From: Candidatus Electronema aureum
GTDB lineage: Bacteria; Desulfobacterota; Desulfobulbia; Desulfobulbales; Desulfobulbaceae
DNA length: 32,000 nt
NCBI GenBank assembly: GCA_004284765.1
Contig: NQJD01000002.1
Span: forward strand, 60,001-92,000
Reading direction: 5' to 3'
The notes beneath the pieces are model-generated. The model was not told where the DNA came from. It saw only the letters and a program-made list of their open reading frames with translations, and made no database searches. The number at the start of each line of letters is the position of its first letter. Position 1 is the first letter of the stretch. The position numbers were made by a program, and so were the translations under genes. Shown piece by piece: positions 17,682 through 25,989 of the stretch.

Positions 17682-17797
17682 TAGGACTTACGCAGTTGAA
17701 ACGAGAAATTCAACTATTACAGCAAGTTGTCTTTTTGCCGCATAAATCGCCAGTTGAATAAAATCAACAAGTTGGCAATGGAACTGCGTAACTCCTA
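17682..17797 (+). mobile_element. MITE-like element, family A, copy 1 (~116 bp)
   Basis: Terminal inverted repeats TAGGACTTACGCAGTT / AACTGCGTAACTCCTA. The same termini occur on the adjacent IS remnant. Near-identical copies lie at 18913-19044 and 20614-20729. Confidence 0.75.
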
Positions 17798-17811
17798 TCC
17801 TAAATAAAATA

Positions 17812-18336
17812 AAAGATGGCCTGACCAAGAATGATCACTTCCGCTCCATGCTACAAACAGCCCGCCAGCGCGGATTTCAGCCTGAGTTTGTCCTTTTTGA
17901 CAGTTGATACGCCAGCTTGAAGAATCTCAAGCTTATCCGTTCGTTGGGCTGGCAGTGGCTGACTCGCTTGGAACATAATCGCCATGTTGATCCAAACAGA
18001 ACGGGAAATATCTTGCTTAATCAGGTCGATATCTCTCAGTCGGGCCGTTCTGTTCATCTCAAAGGCTACGGCATGATCAAGGTATTCAAGATCGTCAGAA
18101 CGGATACTGACATTGAATACTGGGCCAGCAGTGACCTCAATATGAGCGATCTCATGCGGCTCAAATATGCTGAATTATCTTGGATGATTGAAACGTACCA
18201 TCGCGGAGTTAAACAATTTTGCGGGATTGAACGCTGTCAGGCCCGGTCAGAAAACGCGCAACGCAATTACATCGAACTGGCAATACGGGCTTTTCTCCGC
18301 ATTGAATATCATTGTTTTGTCAAAGGAATTTCTTAG
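17812..18336 (+). pseudogene. DDE transposase, C-terminal portion with an in-frame TGA
   Basis: KDGLTKNDHFRSMLQTARQRGFQPEFVLFDS*YASLKNLKLIRSLGWQWLTRLEHNR...SWMIETYHRGVKQFCGIERCQARS. The FDSWY Trp codon is TGA at 17905-17907. The C-terminal IE..H...K signature is that of IS4/IS701-type DDE enzymes. Confidence 0.7.
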
Positions 18337-18425
18337 TTCGAGGCAAAGACTGCCATCATCCGTGACGCTGTTCGGGCGTATTTGACGAAACCGATTTATA
18401 CGCTTGAGCCTATCAATCTTCATGC

Positions 18426-18457
18426 AACTGCTTAACTTCTATAGGAATTACGCAGTT
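18426..18457. repeat. Directly abutted IS termini (IRR AACTGCTTAACTTCTA | IRL TAGGAATTACGCAGTT)
   Basis: This is a 32-bp imperfect palindrome centred on 18441/18442. The right half is followed by an RBS (AGGAGG) and the transposase ATG at 18483. Confidence 0.7.
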
Positions 18458-18482
18458 GGTAAAAATCAGTTAACCTAGGAGG

Positions 18483-18795
18483 ATGAATAAATCCAAAGTA
18501 AGTGATTACGATTATGCCGATTTTTCAATCGGCACTCAGCGAGTTTACAGCAGCGCAGAAGCGGAGCGGGTCAGTCCTGAGCAAGAGAACGGGCCTGCGC
18601 ATGATGCCTATACCCGCCATCTCCACCGGCTTTTCCCGACGACTGAACGTTAGATAAATTTTACAGCCGCAAGATTTAGCTGGTGACTCGGCATTGGTCA
18701 GGAAAGCATAAACGGGTTGTGTCAGGCATTAATCTTGTCACGATGTTGTGGACTGACGGTGAACGACATATTCCTGTAGACTGCCGTATCTATAA
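18483..18795 (+). pseudogene. DDE transposase, N-terminal portion (premature stop, internal deletion, frame change)
   Basis: MNKSKVSDYDYADFSIGTQRVYSSAEAERVSPEQENGPAHDAYTRHLHRL... stops at 18651-18653. A second frame encodes VSGINLVTMLWTDGERHIPVDCRIYN (18719-18795). In an intact copy this would continue into KDGLTKN at 17812. Confidence 0.6.
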
Positions 18796-18908
18796 TAGAC
18801 CTCTTGCGTAAGCCACAACTTGAGTAAGGGCGAAAAATCTTTCGCCCTTACATCGCACACATGCTTGGTGCAGCCGCTGTGCGCAGGGGCTGTTATGCAA
18901 GAGGTCTA
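18796..18908. mobile_element. MITE-like element, family B (113 bp), nested at the broken end of the IS remnant
   Basis: 16-nt terminal inverted repeats TAGACCTCTTGCGTAA / TTATGCAAGAGGTCTA (1 mismatch). Flanking 4-bp direct repeat ATAA (18792-18795 and 18909-18912). Internal perfect 12-bp-stem hairpin GTAAGGGCGAAA-aatc-TTTCGCCCTTAC (18824-18851). Confidence 0.65.
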
Positions 18909-18912
18909 ATAA

Positions 18913-19044
18913 TAGGAGTTATGCAGTTCGAGAGTTATGCAGTTCGATTGCCAACCCTTTGATTTTATTTAACTGGCGATTTATGCGGCAAAAAGACAAC
19001 TTGCTGTAATAGTTGAACTTCTCGTTTCAACTGCGTAAGTCCTA
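18913..19044 (-). mobile_element. MITE-like element, family A, copy 2 (inverted relative to copy 1, with a ~16-bp internal duplication)
   Basis: It is the reverse complement of copy 1 apart from a few substitutions and a duplicated AGTTATGCAGTTCG segment (18917-18946). Confidence 0.75.
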
Positions 19045-19102
19045 TTCCGAAAAATCCGCACCGAAAATCTCCTTGACCTCAACCTTTTCCCTCGTTGAGG
19101 TT

Positions 19103-20300
19103 TCAAACAGCAGATGATGCCACTGCTGCCGTCTGCTCTTCATGCCAGTATTGATTTTTGACCGGCACGCCGAGATCGGCTTCAATCAGCCGTCGTCGCA
19201 CCTCAAAGAGCCTTTCCATAAGCTTTGCTTCAAATTTTGCATAAGCCGCTGCGTCAGCGACACGGTTCGCCACCACGCCCAGCAGCTCCGTGATCGCATT
19301 GCCGACAGAATTCTGGCTGATGGTGACAATCAGCTTGCCTGCATCGTTGCGGTAAATGAGCTGCTTGAACGCTGGCTGCCAGCGGATAGCATTTGCGTAT
19401 TCCGCATTTTTGCTACAGCATTCACGAACTTTTTTTGCAGTCTTGAGAAAATCATTATTGAACAGCAGTACCTGCTCAACTTGTTCTGGGAAATAAACAT
19501 TATCAGGAATGGATGAATTTCTGACAGACACCTGACCAAAGAAGGTTCGGTAAAAATCAAGGAACCCTTTCAGGATCATGTCGTATTCCCCCCAGAAGCG
19601 AATGTCATGCAATGCAGCTTCTCCGTCGATAATTTCCCAGCTTGGCAGCCCGCAAGGATACCCGGTCAAAGCAATTTTTGCTGATTCTGCGTCAGTCGCC
19701 TTCAGGATTTTTAAATCGAGTGCTTTGTCAAAAAATTCCCGATACACATGCGGAATATGCGATTCAAAGAGGCTGTGCTAACCGCCGTCGGTCAAATTCG
19801 GATTGCTCAGATCAGCCAGTTTGGCCTGCCGCAGCTCCTCTTTGCTGAAGACGATGAAGTGATTGTGCATCATGCGGATGCTTGGCACGCCTGGAGATGT
19901 CAGCGGCCATGTCGCATCCAAGCTAGCTTCACCGGCTAAGATCAATGCCTCTTCTGGGACCAGGATACTGCTCAAGCATGTAGGAGATGATGATCTGATT
20001 CATCCTGTTCCAAACATTTTTGACATTGTCAGGTAGCTGCGTGCGGCGAACCGGTCGTCCAAGAGGATCAAAAATGCATTCTGAGGTATTGTAAATGATG
20101 GATGCGTCAAATTCTCTGCTGTGCCCCAACGCCTTGCGATACAGCAGAAGATTCTCCGGGCTGATCAGCAGGCCGTTGTTCTGCACCAGATCATTGAGAT
20201 TCTCTTTGCTGTTGAAAAACTCGTTTGGTTTCAGCCCCTCCGGGACTTTCAGCGGAATTGGTCTGTACGGGGTGATGATCTCACGCGGGATTATTTTCAT
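19103..20300 (-). pseudogene. Disrupted gene of unknown function (three ORF pieces: 123 aa, 65 aa, 214 aa)
   Basis: ORFs 19929-20300, 19778-19975 and 19103-19747 are contiguous on the minus strand. The first two are in different frames and overlap. The last two share a frame and are separated only by TAG at 19778-19780 (..NLTDGG*HSLFESHIPHVYREFF..). Confidence 0.55.
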
Positions 20301-20613
20301 GTTCTTTCCTTGTTGCGCTTTGAATTATAAAAGAAAAATCTAAAATAAATATAGCAGAATGAATGTCATCCTGATGCATCGCTGCTATACATACAAAACT
20401 TTTGACAAGGCGGATATGTTTGACACTTGTTCAACCCGTAACCGCTATAAAATAAACCGTAAAAATCAGTATTATTGCAGCTGCACATCAAACGAACATC
20501 AAGCCGAATCTTTTTTTAACGCAATATTAATGTTAATCACAAGATTTCTTAACGTACCCTCTGTTTTACACGAATGTAAAATAAATAATATTAATTGTAA
20601 GATTCAGTATTAT

Positions 20614-20729
20614 TAGAACTTACGCGGTTTGATTGCCAACTAGTTGATTTTATTCAACTGGCAATTTGTGCGGTAAAAAGAAAACTTGCTGTAATAGTTG
20701 AACCTTTCGTTTCAACTGCGTAAGTCCTA
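20614..20729 (-). mobile_element. MITE-like element, family A, copy 3 (same orientation as copy 2)
   Basis: TAGAACTTACGCGGTT ... AACTGCGTAAGTCCTA. The interior aligns with copies 1 and 2, with scattered substitutions. Confidence 0.7.
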
Positions 20730-20912
20730 ATATAATACAATGGAAGAAATACCACCCGAAACAAGGGCGAAGAGGGAGAGGCCGCTGCGGTCGAGCGGTG
20801 CTATTTTTGGGGCATGATGAGGCGTTGCCATGATCTTACGGCAAGCGGATAAAGGGATGGTTGCAGGAAAAACCCGCAATCCTAACAAGAAAGTCTGCTG
20901 GAATTCAACGGC

Positions 20913-22541
20913 TCATTTGAGCTGCTTGAGCTGCCGGAAAAAATCATTGCCTTTGTTGTCCACGAGCACAAAGGCGGGGAAATCCTCCACCTCAATCCGC
21001 CAGACCGCCTCCATGCCCAGCTCGGCGTAATCGATGCATTCCACCCGCCGGATGCACTCCTGCGCCAGCAGCGCGGCAGGCCCGCCGATGGAGCCAAGGT
21101 AGAAGCCGCCGTTCTCCCGGCACGCCTGCGTTACCTGCGGCGAACGATTGCCCTTGGCGATCATCACCAGCGAGCCGCCTTGCTTTTGCAGCAGGTCAAC
21201 GTAGTCGTCCATGCGGCCTGCCGTAGTCGGGCCGAAAGAGCCGGAAGCCATGCCCGGCGGAGTTTTGGCCGGGCCAGCGCAATAGACCGGATGCCGCTTC
21301 AGGTAGTCCGGCAAAGGCCGCCCTTGGTCAAGCAGCTCCTTCCATTTGGCATGGGCGATGTCCCGCCCGACTATCACTGGGCCATTGAGCAGCACTCTGG
21401 CCGCAACCGGCAGCTTGTCCAACTGGGCAAGGACTGCCACCATGCCTTGGCTGAGGTCAATCCGCACCGCGCCTTCATCCTTCTTTCCTCGCAGATAAGC
21501 CGGAATCAGTCTGCCCGGCTCATGGTCAAGCTGCTCGATCCAAATGCCGCTGCGGTCGATCTTCGCCTTCAGGTTGCGGTCGGCGGCGCAGGACACGCCC
21601 AAGCCAATTGGACAGGAAGCCCCGTGGCGCGGCAGGCGGATCACCCGCACGTCATGGGCGAAATGCCTGCCCCCGAACTGCGCGCCAATGCCGCAGCGTC
21701 GCGCTTCCTCCAACAATTCTCGCTCAAGCTCAAGATCGCGGAAGGCTTGGCCGTGCTGATTGCCCGCTGTCGGCAGCGTGTCGAGATATTTTGCGCTGGC
21801 TAACTTGACTACCTTCAAGGTCGCTTCCGCACTCGTTCCGCCAATGACGAATGCGAGATGATACGGCGGGCAGGCAGCGGTGCCGAGCGTCTTCATCTTC
21901 TCTGTCAGAAAGCGTTTCAATGCCGACGAGTTGAGCACGGCCTTGGTCTCTTGGTAAAGGAAGGTCTTGTTCGCGCTGCCGCCGCCCTTGGCCATGAAGA
22001 GAAAGCGGTACTCGCTGCCCGGTACGGCCTCGATTTCGATCCGGGCAGGCAGGTTGTTGCCGGTGTTCGTCTCCTCGAACATGCTCAGGGCGGCGGTCTG
22101 CGAATAGCGCAGATTCTCCTCGGCGTAAGCGGCTGCGATACCTGCGGAGAGCCAAGCCGTGTCATCGCCACCAGTCCATATCTGCTGGCCTTTTTTGGCC
22201 ACAACAATGGCCGTGCCCGTGTCCTGACAAAGCGGCAGCACGCCTTGCGCGCTGATCTCAGCGTTGCGGAGCAAAGCCAGAGCCACGGCCCGGTCGTTGT
22301 CCGAGGCCGAAGGGTCGTCGAGGATAGCAGCGCACTGCCGGTTGTGTTCAGGCCGAAGGAAGAAGGAAACCTCACGGAAAGCGGCACGGGCCAGCACGCG
22401 CAGGGCTTCTGGGGCGATTTTCAGGATTTCCGTGTCAGCAAACGGCTCTGCGCTGATGTGGCGGGCCGGGCCGCTCAGGAGACGGTATTTGGTCAGGTCG
22501 TCGCCAAGGGGGAAGAGGGGGGAATATGCAGGAGCAGGCAT
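20913..22541 (-). CDS. Class I (Fe-S) fumarate hydratase, fused alpha/beta type
   Basis: 542 aa. [27 protein letters not shown] and a C-terminal beta-domain ([15 protein letters not shown]-like KGNRS) are typical of FumA/FumB-type enzymes. Confidence 0.9.
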   Translation of the reverse strand: MPAPAYSPLFPLGDDLTKYRLLSGPARHISAEPFADTEILKIAPEALRVLARAAFREVSFFLRPEHNRQCAAILDDPSASDNDRAVALALLRNAEISAQGVLPLCQDTGTAIVVAKKGQQIWTGGDDTAWLSAGIAAAYAEENLRYSQTAALSMFEETNTGNNLPARIEIEAVPGSEYRFLFMAKGGGSANKTFLYQETKAVLNSSALKRFLTEKMKTLGTAACPPYHLAFVIGGTSAEATLKVVKLASAKYLDTLPTAGNQHGQAFRDLELERELLEEARRCGIGAQFGGRHFAHDVRVIRLPRHGASCPIGLGVSCAADRNLKAKIDRSGIWIEQLDHEPGRLIPAYLRGKKDEGAVRIDLSQGMVAVLAQLDKLPVAARVLLNGPVIVGRDIAHAKWKELLDQGRPLPDYLKRHPVYCAGPAKTPPGMASGSFGPTTAGRMDDYVDLLQKQGGSLVMIAKGNRSPQVTQACRENGGFYLGSIGGPAALLAQECIRRVECIDYAELGMEAVWRIEVEDFPAFVLVDNKGNDFFRQLKQLK

Positions 22542-22649
22542 GGTGTGATGGCAATCTGTTCGGAGATTGTTGGAAAAAAAATTCGCAGGAGGATGCGGCG
22601 GAAGTTCATAGCCTCCTATGAAGTGGACACATAGGTTCCTCGGAGGCGG

Positions 22650-23924
22650 CTAGGCAGCCATCACCTGCCACCGCTTCCAGAAGTCTGGGAAAGACTTGGC
22701 CACGCATTCTTCACCGTGAATCCGCACATCGGGAACCCGCAGTCCAGCCACAGCAAAGCACATCGCGATACGGTGATCCTCATATGTGGCGATATCCGCG
22801 CCGTGCAGGTCTTCACCGCCCTGCCCGTGAATGATCATCCGATCATGTTCTTCTTCGGCCTTAACCCCCAGCTTACGTAGCTCATTGACCATCACGGACA
22901 GCCGGTCGCATTCTTTAATCCGCAGATGAGCGATGTTGCTGATCACCGTGGTACCGTGGGCAAAGGCGGCAACCACAGCCAAGGTCGGGGCGACATCTGG
23001 CATGTTGCCCATGTCTGCCTCGATCGCCCGTAGTTGCTGCGGCCCCTGTATCGTAATGCCGCCTTGCGCCCTGCTGATCTCGCAACCCATGCGGGCGAGC
23101 AGTTGCACCAAGCCGGTATCACCCTGCAACGAAGGGGTTGGCACATTGGCTACTGTCACCTTGCCGCCTGTGACCGCTGCTGCTGCCCAGAAATAGGAGG
23201 CACCGGAAGCATCACCTTCTACAGAGTAGCGCGTACCTTTGTAACATCCCTGCGGAATACGGAAGTCGGCCAGCGAGGGCGCAGTTTCGACCAAGATGCC
23301 GAAGTCCGCCATAACTGCCAAGGTCATCTCGACATAAGGCTTTGACAGCACTTCGCCCTGCACGGTCAGCTCGGCAAACTGCTTGGCATACGGCGCAACT
23401 AAAAGCAGCGAAGACAGATACTGACTGGATTTGCCTTCTGGTAGCACGGTCTTACCTCCAGCAAGGCCATCCGCGTCAATGCGCAAAGGCGGGCAGCCGG
23501 TTCCAGCCTCGCTGCTGATCTGCACCTGCCAGCCTTGAAGGGCTTGCATCAGCGGGGCAATAGGCCGTTGCGCCATGCGCTCGCCGCCGGTGATGCGGAA
23601 ACGCCCGTGGCCAAGGGCCGCCACCGAGGTGAGGAAGCGGGTGGCAGTGCCGTTGTTACCAAGAAAAATATCCTGCGCCGGAGTCTGTACCTTGCCAGCG
23701 CAGCCGCGCACTGTCCACGCTGCTGGATTCGTGTCGTCAATGGCAATACCCATCTGACGCAGGGCGGTCATGGTGTAGTGGGTGTCCTCACTGGCTAACG
23801 GGCCAAGAAGGACGGATTCACCTTTCGCCAAAGCTGCTGCGATCAAGGCGCGTTGCGTAAGGCTTTTGGAGCCGGGGACGTGAACGACAGCATCAAGGGA
23901 TGGTACGGGATTGATTTCGATCAT
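22650..23924 (-). CDS. aroA: 3-phosphoshikimate 1-carboxyvinyltransferase (EPSP synthase)
   Basis: 424 aa. VPGSKSLTQRALI, LGNNGTATRFL, IKECDRL and YEDHRIAMCFAV motifs. Confidence 0.93.
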   Translation of the reverse strand: MIEINPVPSLDAVVHVPGSKSLTQRALIAAALAKGESVLLGPLASEDTHYTMTALRQMGIAIDDTNPAAWTVRGCAGKVQTPAQDIFLGNNGTATRFLTSVAALGHGRFRITGGERMAQRPIAPLMQALQGWQVQISSEAGTGCPPLRIDADGLAGGKTVLPEGKSSQYLSSLLLVAPYAKQFAELTVQGEVLSKPYVEMTLAVMADFGILVETAPSLADFRIPQGCYKGTRYSVEGDASGASYFWAAAAVTGGKVTVANVPTPSLQGDTGLVQLLARMGCEISRAQGGITIQGPQQLRAIEADMGNMPDVAPTLAVVAAFAHGTTVISNIAHLRIKECDRLSVMVNELRKLGVKAEEEHDRMIIHGQGGEDLHGADIATYEDHRIAMCFAVAGLRVPDVRIHGEECVAKSFPDFWKRWQVMAA

Positions 23925-24156
23925 TATGTTTCATTCAACTTGTTGTTTATTGCATCCAGTTAATAGTAGGCTAACCCAAGTTGTGAGTTATAGCATGATT
24001 TTTCCGATGCCGTCAGCCAATATGAACATCAATACTTTCAGCTCAAAGCATTGATGAGTAACGGCATGTATATGTGCTGAATGCAGATTCGATGCGCTTT
24101 CGGAAAAACTGAGTTCCCGCTGCAACAAATTGCAGGCTGCAAGGGAAAAAGGGACT

Positions 24157-24777
24157 TTATGCCAAGCTCCTGAGTGCGGCACGGATCAGCTCGCTCACCG
24201 TCATGGTAGCGGCCTTGTCTGGATCAGTCTGCTGCACGGTGCGCAGGGCCTGCCAAGCAGTTTCCTGCGGATAGCCGAGGTTCATCAGGGCTGAGGCCGC
24301 ATCGTGCAGGGCAAAGCCCTCGACGCGGGGCGGCGCGTTGGCTTTGGTCGGCAGCGGGCCAATCTCCCCGGCAAAGGCGGGCATCTTCTCAGCCAGCTCC
24401 ATGCAAAGGCGCTCGGCTGTTTTCTTGCCCACGCCGGGCAGGGTGGTCAGGCGTTTGCTATCCTTTAGGCTAATTGCGCTGCATAGCGCAGCAGGCTCCA
24501 AGCCCGACAGGATGGCGAGAGCCAGCTTTGGCCCTACGCCAGAGACCGTGTTCAGGAGGAGGAAGAGCCGCTTCTCGCTGCTGTCCGGGAAGCCGTAGAG
24601 GGTGATGGCATCCTCGCGCACGCTGGTGTGAATGTGGAGCGCAACCTTCTCGCCCGGCGGTGGCAGACTGTCGCTGGTGCGGGTGGAGATATGAATCTCG
24701 TAACCCACCCCTTGCACGTCAATGATAGCGACAGCAGGGTCTTTGCTGAGGAGGAGGCCAGAGAGGTAGGCGATCAT
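24157..24777 (-). CDS. ruvA: Holliday junction branch migration complex subunit RuvA
   Basis: MIAYLSGLL...VIDVQGVGYEIHIS, two HhH segments (LLNTVSGVGPKLALAIL, LTTLPGVGKKTAERL) and a C-terminal domain III. Its ATG overlaps the stop of the upstream ORF (ATGA at 24774-24777). Confidence 0.92.
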   Translation of the reverse strand: MIAYLSGLLLSKDPAVAIIDVQGVGYEIHISTRTSDSLPPPGEKVALHIHTSVREDAITLYGFPDSSEKRLFLLLNTVSGVGPKLALAILSGLEPAALCSAISLKDSKRLTTLPGVGKKTAERLCMELAEKMPAFAGEIGPLPTKANAPPRVEGFALHDAASALMNLGYPQETAWQALRTVQQTDPDKAATMTVSELIRAALRSLA

Positions 24778-25577
24778 TTCACGTTGTTTTTGTACAAATC
24801 TGCATTGGTGGAATCAATCAGCGCGGTGATGCTGTTGACGATGTTCTCGTAGGATTTCTTGCGTACTTCATCATCCTTCACATCTTCCGCGAGCCGCTGC
24901 GCCATGACGATATGATCATTGATGACCGGCTGGGTGAAATAGCGGTTGAGCTGGTTAAGCGACAGCTTGTGAACATCAAGGAAGGTTGTGGTGATATACG
25001 CGCTGATGCCGCCGCCGATGGCGGAAATAGCTGCGCCTGCGGCAACATGGTTGGCACCGTCTGCGGAAAGGATGAAACTGCCGCCCCAGAACATGAAGCC
25101 CATGCCAGCGCACATGGAGAGGATGGCGAAGAAGAATGACAGCGAGGCGCGAATTCTTGTTTCTTGCTGATACTTTTCAATCTGCTTACTGTAGAGATTG
25201 AAGAGATTTCCCAGGATGATAGCCTTTTGATTCTCCTCTATAATCTTGCTGATACTTTCAGCTTTCTCCTGCAATCCTTCATGGGATTTATACAATATTG
25301 ATATTGTCTTTTTTATCTCTTCCGGGGTTGTGCTGTATGCTTTCTTTTCAGCTTCTTCTATTTTCTCGTTTGAATCAAAAAAAGTAGCTATTGAATATGA
25401 ACTGAATAATATTGGAGCAAATATCACCAGAAGACTAAGCCAACCTTGTTTTATTTCAACCGTAACTTGTTTTATCTCAGGAGCTACTACCGCCAGGGCA
25501 GCTGCGATAAATAAAAGCAAACTAATAATAAATACGACTAATATATACTTCTTGTAGACTTTTAATGATCCAATCAT
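24774..25577 (-). CDS. Polytopic membrane protein (267 aa: 2 TM, coiled coil, 2 Gly/Ala-rich TM, soluble tail); candidate membrane effector or toxin
   Basis: Intact ORF with ATGA overlaps at both ends. Hydrophobic helices: YILVVFIISLLLFIAAALAVV, WLSLLVIFAPILFSSYSIATFF, SLSFFFAILSMCAGMGFMFWGG and AAGAAISAIGGGISAYITTTF. There is a K/E-rich stretch between them. GC changes sharply near 25150. Confidence 0.7.
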   Translation of the reverse strand: MIGSLKVYKKYILVVFIISLLLFIAAALAVVAPEIKQVTVEIKQGWLSLLVIFAPILFSSYSIATFFDSNEKIEEAEKKAYSTTPEEIKKTISILYKSHEGLQEKAESISKIIEENQKAIILGNLFNLYSKQIEKYQQETRIRASLSFFFAILSMCAGMGFMFWGGSFILSADGANHVAAGAAISAIGGGISAYITTTFLDVHKLSLNQLNRYFTQPVINDHIVMAQRLAEDVKDDEVRKKSYENIVNSITALIDSTNADLYKNNVK

Positions 25578-25789
25578 TGTGCTTGGTTCGTTTTTATATC
25601 TTTTGCCTGATGATTATTAGAACGAGAAAAAAGCTCGCACTCCCGCAAGTAGTTATAACGCTGCATATCCATCACAACAAATCTCGCTTCGCCACGCACC
25701 GTGATGATTGCCTCACAATCACCGGAAAGACATTTCTCAATGGCGGCGACACCTTCTGTTCTTAGCTGGCTGGCGGTTATGCTGTTCAT
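25574..25789 (-). CDS. Phd/YefM-like antitoxin-family protein (71 aa)
   Basis: MNSITASQLRTEGVAAIEKCLSGDCEAIITVRGEARFVVMDMQRYNYLRECE follows the Phd/YefM N-terminal pattern (..I.as.lr....i......e.viit.rG....Vvm....Y..L.E.E). Its stop overlaps the start of the 267-aa ORF. Confidence 0.6.
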   Translation of the reverse strand: MNSITASQLRTEGVAAIEKCLSGDCEAIITVRGEARFVVMDMQRYNYLRECELFSRSNNHQAKDIKTNQAQ

Positions 25790-25989
25790 ATCTTCCCTCG
25801 TTTTTTCTCGCTCCGAAACACGGTTAACATGTACGACTGTAAATCAGTTCCCTGCCGCAAGCAAGCGGAAAAGCCGCCCTCACCCCGCCTGCCGCTCCAA
25901 TCTGCACAAAACCCTTTACGCCGCAGCGTTTGCTGGTAAGATAGCACCATTCGACATTATTTCAACCACTCTGCACAAGGAGAATCATC

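Larger units (their letters stand above)
17798..18795 (+). mobile_element. Circularly permuted remnant of an IS4/IS701-like insertion sequence (3' part, IRR|IRL junction, 5' part)
   Basis: The transposase C-terminal coding part (17812-18336) lies upstream of the N-terminal coding part (18483-18795). The two IS termini abut at 18441/18442. Confidence 0.7.

Noticed and set aside
19778-19780. In-frame TAG in the 19103-20300 gene as possible pyrrolysine or programmed readthrough
   Set aside because: The same gene also has a frame disruption ~150-200 nt upstream and sits in a decaying MITE-flanked cassette, so a simple pseudogene is the economical reading.
17682-20729. Three ~116-bp repeats considered as a possible CRISPR-like array
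   Set aside because: The copies are 1.2-1.6 kb apart and in mixed orientation. They carry their own terminal inverted repeats matching an IS end. They are MITEs, not CRISPR repeats.
22574-22626. A8/T8 run plus small hairpins between aroA and the fumarate hydratase gene as an aroA terminator
   Set aside because: The stem next to the U-run is only 4 bp (CGCA/TGCG), and the better 7-bp stem lies ~20 nt away from it. The evidence is too weak to call.
21180-22634. Long plus-strand ORFs (207 aa, 258 aa) and alternative minus-frame ORFs inside the fumarate hydratase gene
   Set aside because: All overlap a full-length class I fumarate hydratase. They are Arg/Ala-rich out-of-frame or antisense readings of GC-rich DNA.
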